A DNA stretch of 63,443 nt, counting the filler, from Octopus bimaculoides (Eukaryota): assembly GCF_001194135.2 (NCBI RefSeq). It is 4 parts of 4 records of this genome, joined end to end, with 100 filler letters (N's around TTAATTAATTAA, not from the genome) between each part and the next. Parts side by side here need not be neighbours in the genome. Positions count along the whole stretch, not along the records: positions 1 to 30,713 come from NC_068981.1; 3 more parts are not named here. One strand, 5' to 3'. This document shows, piece by piece, positions 1-12,792 of the stretch; position 1 is the first letter of the stretch, and every line of letters begins with the position of its first letter. A program made the translations under genes and the position numbers. The notes beneath the pieces were generated by a model. It saw only the letters and a program-made list of their open reading frames with translations, ran no database searches and was not told the origin of the DNA.

Positions 1-44
1 CCATGCTAGCATGGAAAGTGGACGTTAAACGATGATGATGATGA
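1..44 (+). mobile_element. 3' tail of a retroposon (RTE-associated type) ending in (GAT)n
   Basis: ccatgctagcatggaaagtggacgttaaacg+(atg)n. The reverse complement of the same tail occurs at 19817-19865. The clade assignment is from recall. Confidence 0.65.
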
Positions 45-264
45 TATATATATATATATATATACACATACTCATACGGGCATGCATATATGCACTCATA
101 CATGCATGCCCCTACTCACATATACACACATACACACGCACATTAAAATACACATACCTCTACACATACATACATATTAATCTATGTACACTCATACGGC
201 TATATAATTACATATATGTTTGTATGTATGGATTTCTACATGTAAATGAGAAAAAGGGGTTTTT

Positions 265-1140
265 ATAGATGGGTACTCCCGACTGGAATCTGTGTATTAC
301 CCCATTTGGATTCAGAGTTGTGGGTAGGTTTGTATTCCTGTATACAGACTTGTCTCAGCATTGCATCAGTAGCAGGTGTAGATAGGATGTCTAACCTAAG
401 TCTCCCTACGGAGCCATTGTGGAAGTCTACAGTATGCTGATATAGATTGAGTTTGGATTGTTTTTAATGTAGTTGTCCAAGTGTTCTTTGAACCTGTCAT
501 TGATACTCCTAGATGTCTTACCAATATGGGACTCCAGGAGAACTGCGCAAGTCATTTCCTGGCACTTAATCTGGTATACAGTGTTTTTCTTTTTGTGGTT
601 CACATGTGGGTTTGTAGAACATACTACACAATTATTCTGACAAATGATTTTATCAAATGGGTATGACTTACTTAATACAGATTTGATAGTCCTACTTGTC
701 TTTTCTACAACTTTGATTTTAAGGCCAGTTGTGCGCAGGATTTTCTTAAATGCCCTAGTTAGTTCGTTCACAGGTTTAGCGTCAACAAACAGTACACTGT
801 GAAACTTCTTGTTATCATACCTGGTATTATTTCTATTTCTTTTGTTGGTGTTCCTCTCCAACCTATTCCAGAATTTGTTGCGGTATTGGAGGCATATGCC
901 ATTTTCATCATCTCTTAGAATGCATTTGCATCTTGTTTTCACTCCTTTGTACAGTCTGATTCTATCATAGCGTGTGTAAACGGAATGTTGCATTTGGAAT
1001 ATGTAGTGCTGGATGTGTTGCTGTCATTTTTGTGGCTGGCACAGTGGGGATACATTCCTCATTACTCTAAGTCTGCTACGAGGATGTTGATTTTGGTAGT
1101 ACTTGACATTGCTGAGTCAATATGGATTACCAGTGGATTA
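265..1140 (-). mobile_element. Penelope-like retroelement fragment (RT thumb plus GIY-YIG endonuclease), frameshifted
   Basis: ORF 427-993 contains TVYQIKC...HIGKTSRSINDRFKEH, the PLE GIY-YIG pattern VY.I.C...YIG.T.R....R..EH. Upstream frames give IHIDSAMSSTTKINILVADL and RVMRNVSPLC (thumb region). A shifted downstream frame gives HTVDFHNG...DAMLRQVCIQEYKP...KWGN. At least two frameshifts and one stop. Confidence 0.85.
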
Positions 1141-1804
1141 CATATATGTAATTATATATAGTCATATGTGTGTACATATATTAATATGTATGTACATATG
1201 TGTGTGTATGTGTGTGTGTGAGTATGTGTATGAGTGTGTATACACCTATATGTTAAGCAAAAAAAAGTATTTGAGTTTAACCGTTGTTTGTGAAAATAGA
1301 GACATATATGTGTAGATGGATAAATGTATATGTGTGTATACTTTAAGATTATACATCTATATGTGTTTATATGACTGTGTGTGCTTGTACATATGTATAG
1401 GTAGGTTTATATTTGCTTGTCTGTATCTAAGACATTGTATCTATTCACTGTTAGACGGNNNNNNNNNNATATATATATACAGAGTAACAGTCATATATAC
1501 ATCTTGAACAGACACACTTATCAGTACATAAACATACATTTACATGTACATACAGATATACACACGCACAGTTACATCTACACACTTACATACCTAAATA
1601 CATACATACGTACCTTCATAAACACATATATATCATGAACTAAGTGTTAGCTTCTTAGATGCAGCACAAAGTTTTGTCAGTGAACAGGTCGTGGTTTCAA
1701 AGCAATGAAAATATTTTGACACAAATTAAATTTATATGTTGAAGTGAATCTAATGTTTTTTGTGTGTTCTTAAATGGCTTATAAACATCTTCCACACTGC
1801 AATT

Positions 1805-1872
<68 letters not shown>

Positions 1873-4619
1873 CTATATATATATACACACATATATATAT
1901 ATGCGCACGCATGCACACACACATACATATAAACTCAAAGAAAGAAGTCTTGATACAAATTATACAGATAACTAGAGAAAATATTTATTACATACTTATT
2001 ATGCCTTAAGAATGAAATCTCTGCATTAATTCAAAAGAAAACTGTTAGACGATAATAATATTTTAGTGTGAAAGGTACAGTTAAATGTTATTTCAAAAAT
2101 ATTTCAGACAATTCCAAAACATCTTTAATATATTTGAAAAACATCAGATATTAATATTCTATAATAACATAGTAAGATGTTACACAGCTATTGACAGCTA
2201 ACATTTAATAGATAAAAAGAGTACATAGATGTCAATGATTTAAAACTGCTGGATGTCTGCTTGTTGTTGCTTATCGAAATATAAAGCTTACCATCTCAGT
2301 CTTTTGTAACTGAATCGGTCTCCCAAATAAGAATTTTAAAATGTGTTTTCCTGTTTAGAATCTCAGTACTTTCTGTTGAACCATTCAGGTAAATTTTTTT
2401 TTACTGCATGATTGGTTTCAAGTCTAAAAATGCTCAACAAGAAAAGCAATATATGTATATACTTGATCAAGTTTTCCAAGGAGACTAATATCCAAAGTCA
2501 ATTTGATACAGATTGTACAAATGACATTAGAGCAATGTTTATAGCAAACAGCAACTCATCCATGAAAATAGACGAGATGGCAAGCTTTCTATGTTGAAAA
2601 GCAACAACTAATAGACAAGTAAATACAATATTTTGGTTTTAAATCAAAGACACGTTACTTTTATAAATCTGTAACTAGTATTATTTGAAAAAGATGTGTT
2701 AAATTCAGAAAGATGAGTAATCCTTTCCAACATGGTTTAAATAACAGAATAATATAAGCATCCATTATATTACAGCTACCTTACAGAGACTCAGATAAAT
2801 TTTAACAGTTTAAGGACAATGCATTTTCCATAGCCAAGTCTACTTCACAGTATTTTAGCTAAGATCAAAGAATACTTAACAATGTTGAAAAGCTATGATC
2901 TTGAAACATACATACATATGTGTGTTGGTATGTTTGCAAGTATTTATGCATATTACTCTAAGCACAGAGTAATATGCATATTCCCCATGTGAATATTTGT
3001 GTTAAGTTGCATATATTTTCTTGACTTACAATGATCAACGATCCATCCATCTGCCCATCCACAAATATTCACTGCCTCATCTAGCTATCAACACCAACTT
3101 AGCCTGCTTCAACACTAAAAGCAAAACAACCACCTCCATTACCCACCTATCAACTCATTAATGACCAACAGCAACAGCTGTATGAGAAAATAAGCAACAC
3201 CATCGAAATTACAATAAGGATAATGACAGAAGATAAAGTGGTACCCTAGTGTATGTTAACGGTTGAATTAAAAAACTTTAATCTATGGTCAATCAGCACT
3301 GACTTAAGATTAAGCAGTGAAAACACTAAAATTAACAAGAATAATACAACTGTGACTGGTGAAAATAGCAGTGTTGATACAAAGGTGGAGCTGAACCTGG
3401 AACCATGTGGTTGGGAAACAAGCTTCTTACCTCACAGCCATGCATTGCAATTTTTGCTCCCAAAAAATTTTGTTAGAACACATTATCACTTTATAATATG
3501 AAAATTGATTGGAAAATTCATTATGATTACAGAGTTTCACTCTATGATAATATTTTTAGGAATGCATTACTTTCATGACATGGAATATTCTTGTACACAT
3601 GAGAAGTTTTAATGTCTCTAAACAACAGTTCCTTTTCATTGCCATGACTAAAGATTACCAAAAAAAAAAAAAAAAAAGGCCTGCTGGAGTGTAATAAGTT
3701 ATATCAACAATTTGGGATTGAGAATTTTCCTCAAAGATATGGATCTAAGACGATATTGAATTACTCAACTCTTTAGTTCTTCATCTTACATTGTAAGTTT
3801 GTAAGCTAGAGTTTCATAATAACTAATCTATTAGGCTAATACACCTATAACACTCATGCACAGAAACACAAACATACACACAAACACAACTACAAATACA
3901 TCCACACATTTAAGTATACATAAACATGTGTGTGTGTGTGTATTAGCAATGTCTCAAAGAATGAAGATTTTGAATATCAATTATATATAAGTTGAATATA
4001 GGTAAACTTTGTAAGCGAGTATTAGAAAGGATAATACCCAAGATTAGAGAAATGGCTACATTCTTTCCGTGGAGTAATAGTTTCAGGTGACAGACTGCTT
4101 TAAAGTTATAAATATTAAGGGTATAACTAGATTTATCCATTTCAACATTAATAATTACTACATGTCTCTAACTTTACTGTTTTTTACTTAAAACAATTAA
4201 TTTTGATGCAAATAATAAAAGTTGTTTGGAATTTCAAAATGTAAGTGATTATACAAAAGCAGAAAATAGTGGTAAACTTTTAATGATTCCATTTGAGCAA
4301 GAAAATCTGCAACTATTCCATTTGATATGAGTATGGAGTGGGGGTGGGGCAGCAAGTGATCCACCCATTGTTAGAAAGTTTATTGTTCTATGTGTATACT
4401 CATTCAAATTAGGGGAAATTTTCTAAAATTTAGAAGCAGATCCATGCTAAGAAGATGGCTGGTTGACAATGACAAATTTGTCCACGTGGTTCTTTTCTGT
4501 TAGATTCCAAATTTTCATTCACATTGGATACTAACTTATCTATGGAGAATTTCTTGAACGTGAACCTGAATCAATCTGATAGCTAATTTTATCCTTGTAG
4601 AAAATATGAGATTATTAAT

Positions 4620-4840
4620 TACGAGGGTGTGCTGAAACATTCCTGTTTTTAAGGAAATTGAAAAAGACCTGGTTGGTGACCCAACCTTCTACGTTCTTTA
4701 AACGGGGCTTAGAAAACTGAAGCACTCCTGCAATAAGTGTGTGAATTGGATAGGAGGATATGTTGAATAAACTCATAATTAACTGATCCTCCTGTATTTT
4801 CTTTAACCTAAAGCCAGGAACTTTTCAGCACCCCGTCATA
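4620..4840 (+). mobile_element. Non-autonomous mariner derivative (MITE-like, ~220 bp)
   Basis: Imperfect TIRs: tacgagggtgtgctgaaacattcctg on the left, and the right end read in reverse complement as tatgacggggtgctgaaaagttcctgg. Both ends carry TA. Internal GLRKLKHSCNKCVNWIGGYVE* matches the mariner C-terminus (GI.KL..RW.KC....G.YVE). Confidence 0.8.
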
Positions 4841-5330
4841 TACCAATAAATCTTCTAATCACCCTACTAACATCACTAAAATTCTAAATAGAAATATATA
4901 GTTGATATTATCTTATGTACTGAAGAACACATTTTTAAGATTACCCAATTATAATGAGGCACTAATTTGAAGTGTATTAAAGAATATGAGGCACTTTATT
5001 AATTACGAACATAGAATAAGAAATATAGTTAGTGTCTAAGTATATTCATTTGTATAATCCAACAATCAAAAATCTTTTCAAATTATTCAAGTATGACTTC
5101 AAATTAAGTCATATATTACATTTGATGAATAATTATATAATTATAATTGAAAATCTTAACTGAATACTTTAATTTGGAATTTATTTAATTTGGAGATCAT
5201 TTCATCCATGAATATACAGAGAATTTCAGGGTAAAAACTTTGTACAAAGTGAAGAGCAGTAAGGACAATGACTTGTCTTGGAAGAATTTGCTTCTTATTG
5301 TTGATCTGTCTTGATATTAATGACCATTCT

Positions 5331-5540
5331 GGAGGTGAGTTGAAAGACTAATTAGCTTGCCAGACAAAATGCCTAATGGCATTTCATCCATATTTATGCT
5401 CAGATTTCAAATTCTGTTATGGTCAACTTTGCCTTTCATCTTTTGGGGTCAATAAAATAAGTCCTGTCAAGCACAGGGGTTGAGGTAATTGACTATCCCC
5501 CTGCCACAAATTTTTCAGGCTTTGTACCTATAACAGAAAG
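5331..5540 (+). mobile_element. SINE family B copy (CpG-decayed)
   Basis: Contains the shared central domain (ggtcaactttgcctttcatcttttggggtcaataaaataagt) and the tail gtacctataacagaaa, and aligns by eye to the intact copy at 45507-45729. Confidence 0.75.
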
Positions 5541-5560
5541 CCATATTAATAACAAATCTA

Positions 5561-5760
5561 GTGGAGAGCTGTCAGAATTGTTAGCACAAGGACGAAAGGC
5601 ATAACAGTATTTCATCCATCTTTACATTCTGATTTCAAATTCTGTCATGGTTGATTTTTGCCTTTCATCTTTCTGGGTTTGATAAAATAAGTACCAGTTT
5701 AGCACTGGGGTCTTTAATTGACTAGCCCAAATCCCATACCTCTGGCCTAAAGCAAAAAAA
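5561..5760 (+). mobile_element. SINE family B copy, head-to-tail with the previous copy
   Basis: ttcaaattctgtcatggttgatttttgcctttcatctttctgggtttgataaaataagtaccag. Confidence 0.75.
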
Positions 5761-5789
5761 ACTATTAATGGCGACTTTGCATTGTGGAA

Positions 5790-6590
5790 ATTCAGAGTGG
5801 ATCTCTTGAACTTCCTGTTGCCACGTGATGAATTTGATATTGTTGCCCAAACTCTACTTGAGATTCATCTCATTCATCTCTGCAGCAATATGACTTATTG
5901 ATTGCACCTTTTCAATAGATTTATATTGCATATTTTTTCCATTACTTCTACTCTTACATCTCTTCTTTTCTGTTGGTAACTGATTGTTTTTGTCAAGTCT
6001 TTTTGATGATTGATGGAGGTTATGATCTGGTACGATGTTGGGAGACAGGTCATTGTTCTATAATTTGTTGAGCTCTGTCATTGAGAGAGTGTGGCCTGCC
6101 ATGTTAACCATCAGAACATTTCTCTGGATTTGTGAAGATGTAGGCTTAAGTATTGTCTTTGTGGATGAAGATTATTGATCCAGAAGTTGGCAATTCCTTT
6201 TTTTTCCCAGGTGCATGCTAATTACTAGGCTTGTAAATTTGAGGGAAATATGTTCTTTATAGGATTGTGCTTTTCCTGTTGTTGTCAGATTAACATAGTT
6301 CTTTCGTACTGACTTTTGTTTTTCCATCTGATCATACACCAAATGTCCTTGACTTGTTTAAAATTATTATTTTTTACCTTGCTCATGGTAGAATGTCTTG
6401 ACATCTTTTTTAAAGACCTTATTTTTTCTGAAGAACTTGTCGCATGGTCGAATCTTCTGAGCTTCTTTACCTTTGCTTGAATTTATCATTTCAGTGTCTC
6501 TTTAGCAAATGGTATATCATCGTTTTACTTAAATTTGTGCTTTCATTCCAGTTGTTTGCTTTTCTCTGATTGGTGGTTCTCAACTTTACT
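5790..6590 (-). mobile_element. R4/Dong-clade (RLE) non-LTR retrotransposon, degenerate N-terminal RT fragment
   Basis: Minus-strand peptides with stops and shifts: QAKVKKLRRFD, VFKKDVKTFYH, GIANFWINNLHP, YRTMTCLPTSYQIITS (RT motif YRPITCLPT.YK) and LDKNNQLPTEKKRC. Confidence 0.75.
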
Positions 6591-6664
6591 ATCAGCATCA
6601 CTGTCATTATTATTATCATTATCATTATTATGATATCATAATGCTGATTATCATTATTGTTGAA

Positions 6665-7207
6665 TGAGAGAGCAGCGCATGTCATCTAAGTGACACTGGG
6701 GTACAAATATATGAAGCCCAATATATCCATCATGACTACCTGTCTGATAAGGGTACACCAGGCACATGCATCAAAATCATATGTGTGCGACATGGTGATC
6801 TCATACCAAGATTAACCTTGCAGGTAGGGCCCAGCTAGAATTTTCTTCAGCTCGAGTAGCTGATGCCGTTCAAACAGTTCCTGAATTAGAGTTGTTTAAG
6901 GATGTTGAACAAGACACCCATGTTTCCAGAGGTGAATTATTCATACCCCAAAGAATTCCTCTCAACACATGGCTAGGATGCTCCCCCACCACTTCTGCTC
7001 ATGATCAGAGATGCACATATTGTCAGCCACTAAGTGACATGCTAAAATGGTTAAGGTCAAACAACTGACAAGCAAATCTGTAGTATTGAGCAGAATATTT
7101 GCTGTAGCCCATCTTTTATACCAAGACACAACAATGTACATTATAACACTTCCAATCAGTTAAGATTAGAAGCCAAGAGAGCCACTGCCTGGTACTGTAT
7201 CAGTGCA
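6665..7207. repeat. ~540-bp non-coding interspersed repeat embedded in (ATT)n
   Basis: Higher-complexity block flanked on both sides by ATT-rich repeats. Its right end (ctgtatcagtgcat) matches the reverse complement of atgccctgatgcag at 17870-17883. I recall it as a common octopus repeat, but this is unverified. Confidence 0.5.
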
Positions 7208-7574
7208 TCAAAAGCCACGGGAGCCACTATTATTATTATTATCATTATTATATGGGCTTCCTTGAAAAATGCCATGCAATAACCCCTGCCATTTGAAATT
7301 AATACTTGACTAGTGTCATCTTCGCTTTTCAGCCTTTCAAAATATATAAAATAACTACTACTACATCTAGTAGTAGCAGTGGTGGTGGTAGTGGTGGCAC
7401 TGGCGGCACTGGCAGTAGCAGTAGTAGTTGTGTTGTTTGTCATAATCACAGGTGAAATAGCTGAAAGGGTAAGAGAAAATCCAGTGAATTTGGGCTACCA
7501 CATACATGGAAAACACAATAATCCGTAACTAATGAGAAACTGAGCATAAATTGCTGTTGTAAACTTTTGTTAGC

Positions 7575-7870
7575 TTTCTCTGTTCAAACTGACCATACAA
7601 AAGAAGCATGGCGACCGGATGTTATCTTAATAGATAAAAAAGAAACAAAGCATATAAGATTAAAGAATGTTCTATACCATATTATTACACACTCAAAGTA
7701 ATAGAATTGGAAGTGATTGGATTTAACCAGACAAGTTTCGAAACATGTGTAAGAGAGATATCCGTGTTGTCATGGCATCACCGAAAGCAAAAGGGAAAGC
7801 AGACAATCAAAAGACAAAGAGACTTTGAATAGAGATCAGGATAGTGGAATTTCAGAACACTTTTATCTTC
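7575..7870 (+). mobile_element. R4/Dong-clade restriction-like endonuclease (RLE) domain fragment
   Basis: Translates FSVQTDHTKEAWRPDVILIDKKE, matching the RLE motif F.IQTD..I.ARRPDIV..DK. Downstream sequence is decayed. Confidence 0.6.
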
Positions 7871-7959
7871 TGTTTTCACATGATCCTTTGCAAAACAGCT
7901 AAGAGCTGAAAATATATGTTGTTACGAAATCGCTGTAGACATAAGTAGTACGGAGCTAT

Positions 7960-7986
7960 ATGCTGCCACCGCTGCCGCTACTGCTG

Positions 7987-8053
<67 letters not shown>

Positions 8054-8122
8054 TGATAGTGATAATAATAATAATAGTAATTGTAGTAGTTGTAGTAGCC
8101 GAAGTAATAATAATAATAATCG
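7960..8122. repeat. Compound (GCY)/(ACT)n/(AAT)n microsatellite
   Basis: Direct reading. Confidence 0.95.
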
Positions 8123-8915
8123 TTTATTTTCATTTGCCTCACATGCTTGAAAAGATAAGAAAAGATGCAAATCTTTCGCTAAGGGTTCCTAAGAAAGAAA
8201 GAATAATGTAGAGTGTGCAAAAGAAAGACATTTACAAATTATGACGGGAGAGATTAAGAGACGTTATGCAATATATGGAAGTGGGTGTTGACAATTTTAA
8301 AAGGTGGACATACACAAATATACATATGCACACACACATGCACTCACACACACATACATGTACACAGATGCACAGTCATGCATAAACACATTTGCACAGG
8401 AAATAAATAAATAATAGAAAAAAAACACAATAATTAAAATGAAATATAATTTAAAGAGACATGGTAGATTTTTTTAGGCTAGGTTCAGTTGGGTACTCTA
8501 CAACAACATTCAATTAATTGTGTTTGAATGCATTCAAATGCACCATTAAGCAGTAGCGATAAGGTATTTAGGTATTTGTTTTTATCATTTTGTTTTATTT
8601 CATTTCGGCCCCTTCATCTTTTACATTATTTTTTGAGGAAGAATTTTGTTGTCATATAAAAGAAATTGTTCTTCCTCACCTGTTGTTTTATGTTGTGTAT
8701 TTTATCAGTGAATTTATCCCTTTTCTCCCACTGTAATTTCATTAGTAATTATATATTTACTCATCATACCATGAAGGTGTGTTACAACAGTTTGGTACTA
8801 GGATCTGCAAGTCTGTTTTCACACTCTTTGTTCAAGGTCACCTTTTGTTGAGCTCTCTTTGATTACTTTCTTATACTGCAACACAAAAGCCACTACTAGC
8901 TTTTCATCATATCCA

Positions 8916-9320
8916 GGCGTAGGAGTGGTTGTGTGGTAAGTAGCTTGCTTCCCAACCACATGGTTCTGAGTTCAGTCCCACTGCGTGGCACCTTGGGCAA
9001 GTGTCTACTATAGCCTCGGGTCAACCAAAGCCTTGTGAGTGAATTTGGTAGATGGAAACTGAAAGAAGATCATATATATATATATGTATGTATGTGTGTG
9101 TATATGTTTGTGTGTGTGTGTGTGTTTGTTCCCCCCCCCCACCAACATCGCTTGACAACTGATGTTGATGTGTTTACGTCTCTGTAACTTAGCAGTTCAG
9201 CAAAAGAGACCGATAGAATAAGTACTAGGCTTACAAAGAATAAGTCCTGGCATCGATTTGCTCGACTAAAGGCAGTGCTCCAGCATGGCCGCAGTCAAAT
9301 GACTGAAACAAGTAAAAGAG
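8916..9320 (+). mobile_element. tRNA-derived SINE family A, full length (~405 bp)
   Basis: Head ggcgtaggagtggttgtgtggtaag (A-box-like) and ggttctgagttcagtccc (B-box-like), an internal (TA)/(TG) microsatellite, and the tail gactgaaacaagtaaaagag. Homologous copies lie at 21493, 25285 and 49445. Confidence 0.85.
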
Positions 9321-9884
9321 TATATTCAATATCTCAATTATCTCTTGTACAAGGTACAAATGTATTACTGGGCAATTTCAGCCTGTACTTTGGTTGCATC
9401 TTCTGTTTTAAGTAGCAAATAGTACCATAACTTTTGTACATTTTAACAGAGATATTTCTCCCAATATGTACTGACAGGCTTGTACTACTTGATGCATGTG
9501 AAGAACAAACTTAATTTGCTTCCATCTTTTCATAAGCCGAGGCATGTAATGTTTCTCATTACCTTCTCCTGTGGCAAATAAATTCCGTTTTGCCTTAGAA
9601 GGTTCTTCTATTTGCAATTTTCTTCATGTAACCATGATAGTCCAAGAAATTCTGTTTGCTCATCTATATGGGGATGGGTATCTTAAAGAATAGACCCAAC
9701 ATCCTCCAGCATGTCGTAAAAGTCGACTAAAAGAAGTTGAAGTAGGATTTGCACTCCAGCCTCCCAAAACCCTCACTCACACCAACTACCCAAATAGTTT
9801 GGTTGACAGATTGTTGCTTGAGTGGTACAAAGGTGTTCATTTGCCAGAAGTAGGGTATCACTAACAAATGGTGAATGTTTACAA

Positions 9885-9885
<1 letters not shown>

Positions 9886-9949
<64 letters not shown>

Positions 9950-9963
9950 TACCACCACCACCA

Positions 9964-10011
<48 letters not shown>
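9886..10011. repeat. (CTA)n/(CCA)n microsatellite
   Basis: Direct reading. It explains the poly-T, poly-Y and poly-V ORFs. Confidence 0.95.
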
Positions 10012-10013
<2 letters not shown>

Positions 10014-10539
10014 TTAGTGTTGAGGACAGGCCTGTTGTCACAACACTGCTTATGAATGAATTGTAGTAGGTGGAATTGTGCAAGGATTGCTCCTGTTATT
10101 ACTGTCTCTGTTTTGTAAATTACTTATTTCTGCATTTGGGACAGTTTCTTCTATTGATTATTTAATTGTTCACTCTCTTCTTCATGATCTTCTTCCTCTT
10201 GAACACCAGTGTGCTTTGTATTGTTTCTGTAGCCATTATAGTGTTTTGTCCTATGGCATAGGTATGTTTGATAGATCTTCTGAATGTAAAAATCTAATGT
10301 GTAAAACATATTGTAAAAGCTTGTTGAACAATCCGTTTTCCAGAGTCCCCCCCCCCTTTGTCTTTGGCATTAGACCCTTACTAGACATTTATATTCTTTT
10401 TATAAGCACTCCAAAACAAAAGTTTACTTGGGAATGTTTGGATTAAGATGTGTTTTGAAGAGAAACTCAAAAAGACGTCTTCTTGATTTTCAATACTAAT
10501 AATTATAATTTCAAAGTTTTGAAAGAAGACCAGTAAGTC

Positions 10540-10699
10540 TTGGGTAGGGTTTAGTCAGTACTTCAGTACTTGACTGGTACTTTGTGTTATCAACCTCAAA
10601 AAGATGAAAGCCAAAAAGTTGACTTCAGCACCATTTGAATGTAGAAGGTAAAGAGGCATTTTGTCAAGCGCATCAATGACTCTGCCAGCTTCTCACCTT
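10540..10699 (-). mobile_element. SINE family B copy (first of three in tandem)
   Basis: gactggtactttgtgttatcaacctcaaaaagatgaaagcc...gttgacttcagc...tttgaa...ctgccagcttctcacctt is the reverse complement of family B. Confidence 0.7.
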
Positions 10700-10717
10700 A
10701 TTATCAGTAAAAATAAT

Positions 10718-10930
10718 GGCTTCAAATTTTGGCCCGAGGTCAGCAATTTTGGGGCGACGGGCCAGTCGATAACATCGAACCCAGTGTAAGCTGGTAAATG
10801 TTTTATCAACTACAAAATGATAAAAAGCGAAGTCAACCTTGGAGTTATTTGAACTCCGAATGTAAAAACAGACGAAATGCTGCTAAGCACTTTGCCTAGT
10901 GCTGTGACGTATCTGCCTGCTTGCCATCTT
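10718..10930 (-). mobile_element. SINE family B copy (second of three)
   Basis: ggcttcaaattttggcccgagg...gtcgataacatcgaacccag...gtcaaccttggagttatttgaactccgaatgtaaaaacagacgaaat. Confidence 0.8.
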
Positions 10931-10960
10931 AATAATGATGATGATAATGGTGGTGATGGT

Positions 10961-11152
10961 GGTTTTAATTTTGGCACTAGGCCACCAACGTTTGAGGGGA
11001 GAGGAGATCATATTGACCCCCTAGTACTTGATTTGTACTTATTTTATCACCCAAAAGTGTGAAAGGCAGAGTGGACCACCGTAGAATTTGAACTCAGAGC
11101 TTAAACATAGTTGAAAACTTGGCGTGCTAAAGATTTTACCAGCACATTGCTT
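10961..11152 (-). mobile_element. SINE family B copy (third of three), head abutting an (AAT)n array at 11152-11222
   Basis: ggttttaattttggcactaggcc...gaaaggcagagtggaccaccgtagaatttgaactcag...ggcgtgctaaagattttaccagc. Confidence 0.75.
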
Positions 11153-11159
11153 AATAATG

Positions 11160-11211
<52 letters not shown>

Positions 11212-11989
11212 TAATAATGATGATGTTTCTCCATTTAAAAAACAAACCTAATCTAATAACATCGGTGGAATGGGATAAAGGAACCTGTGGAAGACCTGAA
11301 GGAAGCAGTCTTTTAACGAAAATAATCACAAAAATGAAATTTTACTGCCATAGAAAACACAATTTCTCCTATGCACGATGTCTCAGTGAAACATGTGCAA
11401 AATACACCCATAAAATCAACACCATAAAGTTTACAAATTATAAAATATAAATGGAATAAAACAGTAAGAACATAAATTGAGTAATTATGCATACACTTGA
11501 ATGTCTACACAATCATATATGCATTTTAATACCCATAGGACTACAAATACATCCCAATGTTTATACAACTGTGTGAAATTTACAGGACACACATACATGC
11601 ATATGAAAACACGTCACAAACAAAGCAAAAACAAAAAACAAAACAAAACAAATTTCTATTTTTTGAACTAACACAGAGTGAACAATTCATAAGTTTAAAA
11701 ACACCACAAAAAACTATGCCCAGAGATAAATCTATCAACAAGAAAAATATAGACGAATACAAATCTGTTAGCTTTAAGAAGCTATGTTACGAGCAATATT
11801 TTTATGTAAAGAACTTGGAGGCGGTGTTGTCACAAAAAATTAACCCTAAACAGGCAGATCTGTCCCCTAATGTCAACGTCCAAGATTGTCATGCCTTATT
11901 GATAACATTAATATGGAAAACAGACAGGAAATGCAACAATAAAAATCTACTATAAAATTAAATGCTTTCTCTAGAGTGACATTCATCTT

Positions 11990-12640
11990 ATACTATTCAG
12001 AAGATTGTATCAGGCCCATTACTTGCTGCAATCATCTACCTTTATAAAAATTTACTGGATGGCAGTGCTCCTCTATCTCTCTGCCAACTTTCTTACCACA
12101 TCCGATTTATTATGCACAGACCAACTTAATATCTGTTTCGCCAGACAAAATGGCTGACATCATTTGCATATGCTGATATGGATCCTCTGTCTCCCAGTGT
12201 AAGTGGAATGCTCCTTATCAAATCTGATTTTGACAGTAGTGTTTCATATGCCAAGAACATATGGAAATGATGTGTGGGTGTCGTTTGATGGTCTGAATGT
12301 GTGATTCAAAATGGTTCTAGCAGATAACACTTTAGAGTGATCAATGAGTTGAGAATGCTCTGATCTATACATCTGGAAATGAGACTGAAGCTGTCTCTAC
12401 TCAGGACTGTCAATAAGTTGCACTGATCAACTGTCAATCTAAATTGAATCTGGATCTAGTCCCATTGAATCTAGATCTGTGCAAAACCTTTTCTCGGATT
12501 TACCAACTGACATGGTGGTTGATCTCCACAGATCTGTTGTAATCACTTGAGTTGGTGCCAAACCAATGACACTATCAAGCAATGGCAAGTGTTAATCTCT
12601 TTGCGAATTGGTGAGTCCAAATCTTTAACTCAGCATTAGC
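11990..12640 (-). mobile_element. Tx1/L1-clade non-LTR retrotransposon RT fragment, degenerate
   Basis: Minus-strand peptides in canonical order: NAELKIWTHQFAKRL, LEPF*ITHSDHQTTP (RQGCP region) and IRSIPLTLGDRGSISAYANDV (Tx1-type SAYADDV motif). It is interrupted at the 5' side by a SINE A fragment. Confidence 0.7.
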
Positions 12641-12649
12641 AAAAATATC

Positions 12650-12792
12650 TTTTTATCTTTTTACTTGTTTCAGTTATTAGACTGTGGCCATTCTTGAGCA
12701 CTGCCTTGAAGAATTTTAGTCAAAGGAATTGACCCCAGTACTTATTTTCGAAGCCTGGTACTAATTCTATTGATCTCTTTTGCCAAACTGCA
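12650..12792 (-). mobile_element. SINE family A, 3' fragment
   Basis: tttacttgtttcagttattagactgtggcc...aattgaccccagtacttatt. Confidence 0.75.

Noticed and set aside
3030-3114. Minus-strand 85-bp segment with good acceptor and GTAAGT donor
   Set aside because: Stops occur in all three frames.
11557-11955. 132-aa plus-strand ORF (and the 122-aa ORF at 10078-10446, 148-aa ORF at 26759-27205)
   Set aside because: No recognisable motifs. The 26759-27205 ORF is antisense to a decayed RTE fragment, and the others are probably chance ORFs.
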